64,000 nucleotides of DNA, taken from contig JAUYDS010000118.1 of the NCBI GenBank assembly GCA_030691735.1, positions 21,536-85,535 of the forward strand. The letters run 5' to 3'. Source of the stretch: Candidatus Aminicenantes bacterium (lineage in GTDB: Bacteria > Acidobacteriota > Aminicenantia > Aminicenantales > UBA4085). The position numbers and the translations under genes were made by a program. Below the pieces are notes generated by a model, which did no database searches, was not told the DNA's origin, and saw only the letters and a program-made list of their open reading frames with translations. Numbering within the stretch: the stretch's first letter is position 1; the number at the start of each line of letters is the position of its first letter. Shown here piece after piece: positions 18,795-26,918 of the stretch.

Positions 18795-20609
18795 ATGCAA
18801 GCAGTCATTTTAGCCGCGGGCATGGGCAAACGCCTGGGAGATCTCACCCGGCATTCCACGAAATGCATGGTCAAGGTCAACGGCAAGCGCCTCATCGAAC
18901 ACGCCTTGGACGCCCTTTTGGCGGCCGGCATCCGGCATGTGGTGATGGTCGTCGGCCACGGCGCCGACGAGCTCAAAGCCTTCCTGGGAGACGCGTACAA
19001 GGGCGCCAGAGTCGATTATGTTCTCAATCCCATCTACGCGAAGAGCAATAACATTTATTCGCTGTTCCTCGTTCGCGCCTTCATGGAGGCCGATGATTCC
19101 CTTCTCCTTGAGAGCGACGTCATCTTCGACCCCGCCATCATCGAAGACTGTTTGGCCGATCCTTCGCCCAACCTGGCCATCGTGGCCAAGTTCCAGTCCT
19201 GGATGGACGGCACGGTCACCAAGCTCGATGACCGGGAATTCATCTCCTGTTTCGTTTCGAAGAAGGAGATCGTCTGGAGCGACCTGGATCAATATTTCAA
19301 GACCGTCAACATCTATAAACTGTCCAAGGCGTTCAGCAAGGAGAGGTTTTTCCCTTTTCTCGAGGTCTATATCCGGGCCAAGGGGCTCAATGAATATTAC
19401 GAGGAGGTCCTCAAAATCCTGACCTTCATCGATCAGGGAAGCATCAAAGCCTTCGACATCAGCGACAGGCTCTGGTATGAGATCGACGACCTCCAAGACC
19501 TCGACATCGCCGATGCCTTGTTCTCCCGCGGCTTGGACAAGCTCAAGGCTTTGTATCAGAGATTCGGCGGGTATTGGAGGTTCCCGGCGCTCAAGGATTT
19601 CTGCTATCTGGTCAATCCCTATTTTCCCGCGCCGCGGATGGTCCACGAGATGATCCGCAGCTTCCCCCAGCTCCTGACGAGCTATCCCTCGGGCCAAAAG
19701 GTCCAGAACCTGTTGGGCTCTAAGCTGCTCGGCTGTCCCCCCCAGCAGGTGCTCGTGGGCAACGGCGCCTCGGAGCTGATCAAAGGCCTCGTGCCGGAAT
19801 GCGGGGGACCGTTGGCCTTGTCCGTTCCGACGTTCGATGAATATCGGGCCGGCGCTCCCAAAGACCAATGGCGCGTTTTTTATCCGGCCCCCGGGACGTT
19901 CGACTATTCCGGCGATCAGCTGGCCGATTTCTGCGCCGCCCAGAAGGTCTCGACGCTGATTCTGATCAACCCCGACAACCCCAGCGGCCATTTTCTGGCG
20001 AAGTCGGATGTCCTCAGGCTCCTCGAGAGACTTCGGACGATGAACGTCCGGCTGATCCATGACGAATCCTTTGCCGATTTCGTCGACGGAACGACCGATC
20101 ACTCCCTGATCTCACCCGACATCCTGGACCGCTTTCCGAATCTCGTGGCGGTCAAGAGCATCAGCAAGTCCTACGGTGTGCCGGGTCTCCGCCTGGGGAT
20201 CATCGCCTCGGGGGATCTCGGTCTCCTGGAACGGGTGAAGAATCGCCTGTCCATCTGGAACATCAATTCCTTCGCCGAGCATTTCCTCCAGATCATCGAC
20301 AAATACAACCATGATTTCCGCCACGCCTGCCGCAACATCGGCGCGGAGAGAGAGCATCTGTTCGAACGGCTCCGGGAGATCTCCTTCCTCCGTCCGATTC
20401 CTTCCAAGGCGAATTATATTCTGTGCGAGGTCAAGGCGCCCTGGACCCCGACGCGTCTGGCCGAGACTCTCTTGAACGCCTCCTGGCTCTTCATCAAGGA
20501 CTGCACGGGGAAGATCGGTTTCGAAAAAACGCCCTGCATCCGGTTGACGGTTCGCGATCGGAACGATAACGAGTTTCTCATCTCGGCCTTGAAAGCCCTC
20601 GACAAGTAG
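18795..20609 (+). CDS. Bifunctional protein: N-terminal LicC-like CTP:phospho-alcohol cytidylyltransferase fused to C-terminal PLP-dependent class I/II aminotransferase-fold enzyme (CobD/HisC-like)
   Basis: N-domain: QAVILAAGMGKRL, NPIYAKSNNIYSLFL, LWYEIDDLQDLD (LicC-like). C-domain: VAVKSISKSYGVPGLRLGI PLP-lysine motif, INPDNPSG. Likely ATG at 18795 (GTG at 18789 possible). Confidence 0.7.
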   Translation: MQAVILAAGMGKRLGDLTRHSTKCMVKVNGKRLIEHALDALLAAGIRHVVMVVGHGADELKAFLGDAYKGARVDYVLNPIYAKSNNIYSLFLVRAFMEADDSLLLESDVIFDPAIIEDCLADPSPNLAIVAKFQSWMDGTVTKLDDREFISCFVSKKEIVWSDLDQYFKTVNIYKLSKAFSKERFFPFLEVYIRAKGLNEYYEEVLKILTFIDQGSIKAFDISDRLWYEIDDLQDLDIADALFSRGLDKLKALYQRFGGYWRFPALKDFCYLVNPYFPAPRMVHEMIRSFPQLLTSYPSGQKVQNLLGSKLLGCPPQQVLVGNGASELIKGLVPECGGPLALSVPTFDEYRAGAPKDQWRVFYPAPGTFDYSGDQLADFCAAQKVSTLILINPDNPSGHFLAKSDVLRLLERLRTMNVRLIHDESFADFVDGTTDHSLISPDILDRFPNLVAVKSISKSYGVPGLRLGIIASGDLGLLERVKNRLSIWNINSFAEHFLQIIDKYNHDFRHACRNIGAEREHLFERLREISFLRPIPSKANYILCEVKAPWTPTRLAETLLNASWLFIKDCTGKIGFEKTPCIRLTVRDRNDNEFLISALKALDK

Positions 20610-20686
20610 CTCCGGCGGCTTTTCGGTTGGCCGATCGATAAAGCGAGGGATATACCTTTTGATCTGGTCTCCCATCCTATATGTCG

Positions 20687-20715
20687 TTGACAAATCAAGG
20701 GATGGACGATAGAAT
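20687..20715 (+). promoter_or_regulatory. Sigma70-like promoter upstream of proS (TTGACA-17-TAGAAT)
   Basis: TTGACA 20687-20692, 17-nt spacer, TAGAAT 20710-20715, about 30 nt upstream of the GTG start. Confidence 0.5.
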
Positions 20716-20744
20716 GTCTGGAGATTTCACCCCTGGAGAAGATC

Positions 20745-22199
20745 GTGAGCAAAGACGAACGACAGGTCAAGAAGATCACCCCGAAGACCGAGGATTTTTC
20801 CCGCTGGTATGTCGAGATCGTCCAGAAGGCGGAACTTGCCGATTACACGCCGATGAAGGGGATGATGGTCATCCGGCCGTACGGCTATGCCATATGGGAG
20901 AACATCCAGCGGCTGATGGACCAGCGGATCAAGGCGACCGGACACGTCAACGCTTATTTTCCGCTTTTCATTCCGGAGAGCTTTCTGAAAAAAGAGGCCG
21001 AGCATGTCGCCGGATTCACGCCCGAGGTGGCTTGGGTCACCATGGGCGGCAAGGAAGAACTGGAAGAAAGACTGGCCGTCCGCCCCACGTCCGAGGCCAT
21101 CATCGGCTATATGTACTCGAAGTGGATCAAATCCTGGCGCGATCTGCCGATCTTATATAATCAATGGGCCAACATCGTCCGCTGGGAGAAAGTGACGCGG
21201 CCCTTTCTCCGGACGACCGAGTTCCTCTGGCAGGAAGGCCATACTTGCCACGAGACCGCCGAGGAGGCCGAGGCCGAGACGCTCAAGGTCCTGGGCTTCT
21301 ACAAGGAATTCTGCGAGACCGAATTAGCCATCCCCGTCCTCGCCGGGCGCAAGACCCTTCGAGAGAAGTTCGCCGGCGCCCAAATGACCTACGCCATAGA
21401 AGCGTTGATGTCGGACGGGAAAGCGCTTCAGATGGGAACGTCGCACAACCTGGGCCAACATTTTTCCAAGGCTTTCGACATCAAGTTCGAGGACCGCAGC
21501 CAGACCCTCCAGTACGTCTGGCAGACCTCCTGGGGCACGACGACCCGCATGATCGGAGCGCTGATCATGGCCCATGGAGATGACTCCGGGCTGAGACTGC
21601 CTCCCCGCGTCGCGCCGATCCAGGCCGTGATCGTGCCTATCTCCATGGGCAACTGGAAAGAAAGCATCTTGCCAAAGGCCCGCGCCGTCGAAGACAATCT
21701 GAAGAAAGCCGGCGTCCGAGTCTCCCTGGACGCTCGGGAGGAGTTCACCCCGGGTTGGAAATTCTCCGAGCACGAAATGCGGGGCATCCCCCTGAGGATC
21801 GAGATCGGGCCCCGGGATGTCGCGGCCGGCCAGGCGGTCCTCGTCCGCAGGGACAGGAAGACCAAGGAGACGGCGCCGCTGGATGTGCTGACGGTCAAAG
21901 TGCCGGCCCTGCTCGACGAGATCCAGGCCTCCCTGTTCCAGGAAGCGACGAAGTTTCTCGCGGACAACACGCGCGCGGCCGGAACATATGAGGAATTCAA
22001 GGACATCCTCGAAAACAAAAAAGGATTCGTGACAAGCCTGTGGTGCGGATCCGAATCCTGCGAGGACAAGATCAAGAACGAGACCATGGCCACGATCCGG
22101 ATCATCCCGCTCGAAAACGAAGAGCGGTCCGGCCGGGGCGCCTGCGTTTGCTGCGGCCAGGAGGCGAAGATCCTGGCCTATTTCGCCCGGGCCTACTAG
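20745..22199 (+). CDS. proS: Proline--tRNA ligase (archaeal/eukaryotic-type short form)
   Basis: Class II aaRS motifs; ~480 aa without INS editing domain; C-terminal zinc-binding-like domain; GTG start. Confidence 0.88.
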   Translation: MSKDERQVKKITPKTEDFSRWYVEIVQKAELADYTPMKGMMVIRPYGYAIWENIQRLMDQRIKATGHVNAYFPLFIPESFLKKEAEHVAGFTPEVAWVTMGGKEELEERLAVRPTSEAIIGYMYSKWIKSWRDLPILYNQWANIVRWEKVTRPFLRTTEFLWQEGHTCHETAEEAEAETLKVLGFYKEFCETELAIPVLAGRKTLREKFAGAQMTYAIEALMSDGKALQMGTSHNLGQHFSKAFDIKFEDRSQTLQYVWQTSWGTTTRMIGALIMAHGDDSGLRLPPRVAPIQAVIVPISMGNWKESILPKARAVEDNLKKAGVRVSLDAREEFTPGWKFSEHEMRGIPLRIEIGPRDVAAGQAVLVRRDRKTKETAPLDVLTVKVPALLDEIQASLFQEATKFLADNTRAAGTYEEFKDILENKKGFVTSLWCGSESCEDKIKNETMATIRIIPLENEERSGRGACVCCGQEAKILAYFARAY

Positions 22200-22207
22200 A
22201 AAAGAGA

Positions 22208-22840
22208 ATGCGCAACGATTTTTCCTCCCTCCGGGAGAAAATGGTCGAGGTCCAGATCGCGGGGCGGGGGATCAGAGACCTCAAAGTCCTCGAGGCCATG
22301 CGCGGCGTCCCTCGCGATGCGTTCGTGCCCGAGGACTTGAAGGGCCTCGCTTACGCCGATGAACCCTTGCCGATCGGACATGGGCAGACTATTTCCCAGC
22401 CCTACATCGTCGCCTATATGACCGACGTCCTCGAGCTCAAAGGCGGGGAGAGCGTGCTGGAGATCGGAACGGGTTCGGGGTATCAAACGGCCGTGCTGGC
22501 CAGCATCGCCAAGGAGGTTCGTACGGTCGAGACCGTCGCCGCCCTGTCTGAGGGGGCTCAGGGCTTGTTGAACAGCTTGGGATTCACGAACATCCGTTTC
22601 AAGATCGGGGACGGGACGTTCGGCTGGGAGGAGTTCGCGCCCTATGACGCGATCATGGTCACGGCCGCGCCGGCGGCCATCCCCAAAGCCCTGAAGGAAC
22701 AGCTCCGCATCGGCGGACGAATGATCGTCCCCGTCGGTGCCGAAGATCAACAGCTCGTTCTGATCCGCCGCGAGGAGACCTCGTTCCCGGAAACGCGTCT
22801 GCTGCCCGTTCGATTCGTCCCCCTCGTCTCGGTCCATTGA
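22208..22840 (+). CDS. pcm: Protein-L-isoaspartate O-methyltransferase
   Basis: SAM-binding VLEIGTGSGYQTAVLA; ISQPYIVA motif; start at the internal Met of ORF 22040..22840. Confidence 0.88.
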   Translation: MRNDFSSLREKMVEVQIAGRGIRDLKVLEAMRGVPRDAFVPEDLKGLAYADEPLPIGHGQTISQPYIVAYMTDVLELKGGESVLEIGTGSGYQTAVLASIAKEVRTVETVAALSEGAQGLLNSLGFTNIRFKIGDGTFGWEEFAPYDAIMVTAAPAAIPKALKEQLRIGGRMIVPVGAEDQQLVLIRREETSFPETRLLPVRFVPLVSVH

Positions 22841-22929
22841 AGCGGAGCGGGGATCCCTCCCGATCACCGAAAAAAAACCTTGCCGTGCGGTCCTTCTCGT
22901 TTTATGATTTAAAAACGACAGAGGTCAAG

Positions 22930-23400
22930 ATGACAAGACGAATGACGGGCTCATTTCTTTTAACGCTCCTCGCCGGCAGCCTGCTCTTCTGTCAAGGGGT
23001 CCGCCGCGACAAGTTCATCAAGATCTACCTTCCCGATGGACGATCCGTCACAGCCGAGCTGGCCGTGTCGGACGAGGAACGCCAGCGCGGTCTGATGTTC
23101 CGGGAAAAGCTCCAGCTTGATCAGGGGATGCTGTTCGTGTTCGAAAGGGAATCCGCATATGCCTTCTGGATGAAGAACACGCTGATCCCGCTGGACATGT
23201 TGTGGGTTGACAAAGACCGGAGGATCGTTCACATCTGGCGGAACGTCCCGCCCTGCAAGGAGGATCCCTGTCCTTCCTATGCGCCGGACCGGCCCGGGCT
23301 TTATGTGCTCGAGCTCGCGGCCGGCGCGTCCGACCGCTTCGGGCTCAAGCTGTTCGATCGGCTCGAATTCACGCTTCCCAAGATCAAGCCGCGTTCATGA
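22930..23400 (+). CDS. DUF192 domain protein (secreted)
   Basis: Signal peptide plus conserved IPLDMLWVDKDRRIV / GxxxVLEL pattern of DUF192 (COG1430). Confidence 0.65.
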   Translation: MTRRMTGSFLLTLLAGSLLFCQGVRRDKFIKIYLPDGRSVTAELAVSDEERQRGLMFREKLQLDQGMLFVFERESAYAFWMKNTLIPLDMLWVDKDRRIVHIWRNVPPCKEDPCPSYAPDRPGLYVLELAAGASDRFGLKLFDRLEFTLPKIKPRS

Positions 23401-24281
23401 GCGTTCTGGCCGGATATATTAAATCTCTCAAACGCCTCGAGGTCGAGGAGCTGGCCGATATCTATATCTATCGTCCCCTGGCCTTTCTCCTGGTCAAAGG
23501 CATCTACCGGACCAATATCACCCCCAATCAGATCACCATGGTCTCCCTGCTCGTCGGCATCTTGGCCGGCATCAGCTTCGGAGTGGGCTGTCGCCCGGCC
23601 GTCATTTTTGGCGGGATGATCTATGGACTGTCCATCGTCCTCGACTGCGCCGACGGTCAGCTCGCCCGGCTTAAAAAGAACGGGACGCGGCTGGGCCGGA
23701 TCCTGGACGGTCTGATCGATTACATCGTCACCGTGGCCGTTTATCTCGGGATCGGCATTGGTCTCGCGCCCGCTTCGGACCATCCTCTCCTGTGGTGGGT
23801 CATCCTCGCCGCGACCGGGGCCAGCCACGTTTTCCATTCCCTCTCGGTCGATTACTACCGAAGCCGTTTTCTCGATCATGTCGAGGGTTCGTCCGCTTCC
23901 GACGAGGACGACTTCCGGTCGTTTAAAGCCGATCTGGACGCTCTCAGCGCGAGCCAAGGCCAGCTCCTTCGCAAAGCGGTTATCGGCCTGTACCTGAGAT
24001 ATCTGAACCTTCAGAAGAGAATGACCTCCCGGGCGGCCGGCGCCGGCCGAGGCCGACGGGTCAGCGCGGACGCGTTTTACGCCAGGAACAAGACGGCCAT
24101 GCGCGGCTGGACTCTTCTCGGCTCGTCCATGGGAGGCCTGCTGCTGATCATATCGGCCTTCCTTGGGCGGTTCGATATCTATTTCTGGGGGAGGATCGTC
24201 GTGATGAACCTCTGGGCGGCGGTCATGTATATCGTCCAGTTCAGGATCGATCACGGCCCGGCCGAAGAAACCGCGCCTTAG
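23397..24281 (+). CDS. CDP-alcohol phosphatidyltransferase family protein
   Basis: DCADGQLARLKKNGTRLGRILDGLIDYI matches D-G-x2-A-R-x8-G-x3-D-x3-D; multiple TM segments. Confidence 0.8.
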   Translation: MSVLAGYIKSLKRLEVEELADIYIYRPLAFLLVKGIYRTNITPNQITMVSLLVGILAGISFGVGCRPAVIFGGMIYGLSIVLDCADGQLARLKKNGTRLGRILDGLIDYIVTVAVYLGIGIGLAPASDHPLLWWVILAATGASHVFHSLSVDYYRSRFLDHVEGSSASDEDDFRSFKADLDALSASQGQLLRKAVIGLYLRYLNLQKRMTSRAAGAGRGRRVSADAFYARNKTAMRGWTLLGSSMGGLLLIISAFLGRFDIYFWGRIVVMNLWAAVMYIVQFRIDHGPAEETAP

Positions 24282-24287
24282 CTCGGG

Positions 24288-25427
24288 TCAGCTTGAACGG
24301 CGGATGAGCGCGTCGAGCTCGCCGGCGACGTTGGCCGAAGCCGAATCCCGTCCCAAGAGGGACTTAATCCGGCGGAACTCGTCTTTCATCGCCGACCGGA
24401 TATCCTCGGACCCAAGGATCGTCTTTACTTCGCGGACGAGATTGTCGGCCGTGAAATCCCGTTGGATGAGTTCCGCAACGATCCTTTTCCCGGCGAGGAT
24501 ATTGACGATGCTATAGTCCTTGACCTTGACCAGCTTCACTCCGGCCTTGTACGTCAACGACGATAGGCGGTAGAAGGCGATCAGGGGGGTTTCGAGCAGG
24601 GCGGTTTCGAGGTTGGCCGTCCCGCACGCGGAGAGAACCAGGTCGGCGGCGGCCATCGCTTCGTACGCGTTCTCGCCCAGGATCTTGATGTCCGGAGCGT
24701 CGCGCGGCAGACGGGCCTGGAGAATGCCGGGGTCGAGGTTCTCGGCCAGCACGAATACGAATTGGGCCGGGATCTCTTGCCGGATCTTCTTCAGGGCTTC
24801 GACCAGGACCGGCATATGGAACCGGATCTCGCTCCGCCGGCTTCCCGGCATAATAACGATCAGTTTCTTGTCCGGATCCATCCCGTTCCTCGAGAGGAAC
24901 TCGTCCCGGCCGAACGCCGCGCGGACGCGTTCGAGGAGAGGATGGCCGACGAATCGGGCGGGGACGCCCGCCTTTCGGTAAATGTCCTCCTCGAAGGGAA
25001 AGATGAGGCACATTTCGCGGACGTATTTCTTGACGGTCTTCAGCCGGCCTTTTCTCCAAGCCCAGACGGTCGGGCCGATATAGTATAGAACGGGCACGCC
25101 GAGCCGGTGGAGCTTTTTGGCCAGGCGCAGGTTGAAATCGGGCGAATCGATGAGCACCGCGGCCGCCGGCCGACGGGTTTCGACCTCGCTCCGGATCCGG
25201 TTGAAGATCCGACGGATCCGGGGCAGGTGGGAGATGACTTCGAACAGTCCGACCACGGCCAGAGCGTCCATCGGAACGAGGATGTCCACCCCTTCCGCGG
25301 CCATCTTCGTCCCGCCGATACCGAAGAAGCGGATCCCGGGATGGAGGGCCCGGAAACAGCGGACGACCTCCGCGCCGTAGTTCTCGCCCGATTTTTCGCC
25401 GGCAATGATGAGCAGAGAATCGGTCAT
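24288..25427 (-). CDS. lpxB: Lipid-A-disaccharide synthase
   Basis: GT19 family; N-terminal LIIAGEKSGE and central motifs; start at internal Met (MTDSLLII) of ORF 24288..25697. Confidence 0.85.
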   Translation of the reverse strand: MTDSLLIIAGEKSGENYGAEVVRCFRALHPGIRFFGIGGTKMAAEGVDILVPMDALAVVGLFEVISHLPRIRRIFNRIRSEVETRRPAAAVLIDSPDFNLRLAKKLHRLGVPVLYYIGPTVWAWRKGRLKTVKKYVREMCLIFPFEEDIYRKAGVPARFVGHPLLERVRAAFGRDEFLSRNGMDPDKKLIVIMPGSRRSEIRFHMPVLVEALKKIRQEIPAQFVFVLAENLDPGILQARLPRDAPDIKILGENAYEAMAAADLVLSACGTANLETALLETPLIAFYRLSSLTYKAGVKLVKVKDYSIVNILAGKRIVAELIQRDFTADNLVREVKTILGSEDIRSAMKDEFRRIKSLLGRDSASANVAGELDALIRRSS

Positions 25428-25969
25428 TTCTTGTCCGGCCGTCCGTAATACGTGACCTCGGCCTTGACCTTGCCGTCCTGGCCGTAATAAAAGAACCATT
25501 TGTCGTAGGTGGTTTCCTCGTTGTAAGTCCTGATCGCGGTCTTTCCCGACGCGCTGACGACGCCGACGATGCCGACGTTCGAAACCGACGAGAGGTTGGC
25601 TTGGGGTACCGCCAGGAGCTGCAGACCGCCGGATTGAGATGGGGCGCCCGTCCTGGGGCCGCGCGTCATGCTCGTCTGTTGGACGAGGACGTCCCATTTT
25701 CCGTCCTTGGTCATAGGATCGGGAAAGAGGCGCCGCAGATACCTTTTTTTATACAGCTCGTCCATGGTCCGGGGGAATTGTCCGGGGTTCTTTGTCTGGT
25801 AACGGCGGATGGCCTCGACGTATTGGTTGCCGCGAAAGATGAGCTCGTCCTCGTTCTCCCGCTGGATCTGAGTCTGCCAGACGGGCACGGCGACGAGAAT
25901 GCCGATGGCCAGGACCGAGGCCGCCACGAGCAGCATGACGATGGTGTAGCCCTCGTTCCGCGACATCAC
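25424..25969 (-). CDS. Pseudopilin-like protein (atypical prepilin N-terminus)
   Basis: N-terminal GYTIVMLLVAASVLAIGIL hydrophobic helix resembling the class III signal but lacking Glu+5. Confidence 0.5.
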   Translation of the reverse strand: MMSRNEGYTIVMLLVAASVLAIGILVAVPVWQTQIQRENEDELIFRGNQYVEAIRRYQTKNPGQFPRTMDELYKKRYLRRLFPDPMTKDGKWDVLVQQTSMTRGPRTGAPSQSGGLQLLAVPQANLSSVSNVGIVGVVSASGKTAIRTYNEETTYDKWFFYYGQDGKVKAEVTYYGRPDKK

Positions 25970-26403
25970 CAGGTGTTGTAGGGCGTCCCGTCCAGACTTT
26001 TATCTTCCGAGCTCGAATGCACGTCCACGACCCCGAACGCTTGTCCGGGCTCGAGCTCGTCCACGGTCGGCTGTTCTTTGACCTCGATCCAAGCGTCGGA
26101 TTTGCCGGTGATGGGATCCGCCGGGATCTTTCTCAAATATTTCTCGTCCACGAGGGCTTGGAGCGAGTCCGGATATTTGCTCTTGTCCGTATAGTACTGG
26201 TCGATGAGCTTGCGCAGTACGAAGAGGGTCTCTTTGAGCACGGATTCGCGGGCTTTTTTCATGGCGTTTTGGTACTGGGGGAGGGCCAGGCCGACCAGAA
26301 TGCCGATCAGGGTGAAGACGATGACCATTTCGATCAGCGTGAAGCCTTTGGATTTGCGGCGAAACATCATGGGGTCCTCACCAGTCCCTGTAGTTGGTCC
26401 CAT
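25966..26403 (-). CDS. Type II secretion / type IV pilin-like pseudopilin (GspG-like)
   Basis: KGFTLIEMVIVFTLIGIL prepilin cleavage/methylation motif; ends ...DGTPYNTW as in GspG. Confidence 0.8.
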   Translation of the reverse strand: MGPTTGTGEDPMMFRRKSKGFTLIEMVIVFTLIGILVGLALPQYQNAMKKARESVLKETLFVLRKLIDQYYTDKSKYPDSLQALVDEKYLRKIPADPITGKSDAWIEVKEQPTVDELEPGQAFGVVDVHSSSEDKSLDGTPYNTW

Positions 26404-26866
26404 CGAGAGCCTTGCGGCGGCTCTTGGTGTAGACGTCGAAGATGTTCTGTTCGCCCCAGGACGAAGCGTCAGGAGCGTCCTGGCTCGACAGCAAGCCCCA
26501 TTCCGTCGATCGGGTCATGGGGTCCGAGGGGACACGGCGGAGGAACCTCATCAGCTTTTCCTCGCCCTTTTTGTTCTTGGCCTCGGATTTGATCTTGACG
26601 CCTTTGACGAGCGTCTCCAGGTCCGGCGGATACCCATCGGTGGAGTCATCCACTTCGATCCTCTTCTCGTCGGCCATCTTTTTATAATCGTCGATCGCTT
26701 CCCGAATGATCCGGAGATTGCGATGCAGTTCGATCTCCTTCTCCCGCTGGACGGCGATCTTGGTCAGGGGTAGGATGGCGCCGGCCAGGACGACCAGGAT
26801 GGCGGCCGCCACGAGAAGCTCCGTGAGGCTAAATCCGTCTTGCCGAGGCATTGTGCTCGTCCTCAT
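26378..26866 (-). CDS. Type II secretion / type IV pilin-like pseudopilin (GspG-like paralog)
   Basis: DGFSLTELLVAAAIL prepilin motif; C-terminal DGTNYRDW. Confidence 0.75.
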   Translation of the reverse strand: MRTSTMPRQDGFSLTELLVAAAILVVLAGAILPLTKIAVQREKEIELHRNLRIIREAIDDYKKMADEKRIEVDDSTDGYPPDLETLVKGVKIKSEAKNKKGEEKLMRFLRRVPSDPMTRSTEWGLLSSQDAPDASSWGEQNIFDVYTKSRRKALDGTNYRDW

Positions 26867-26918
26867 GACCCAAGGCGATCGGGCGAAGCCCCGATGGATC
26901 TATTGTCTTAGCGTGCGA

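Noticed and set aside
18810-20102. 430-aa minus-strand ORF opposite the LicC/aminotransferase fusion gene
   Set aside because: Antisense artefact; the plus-strand frame carries clear LicC and PLP-enzyme motifs.
22040-22207. N-terminal extension of the pcm ORF overlapping the proS 3' end
   Set aside because: The extension is R/P/G-rich with no homology. pcm homologs start at the internal Met (MRNDFSS), which lies 9 nt after the proS stop.
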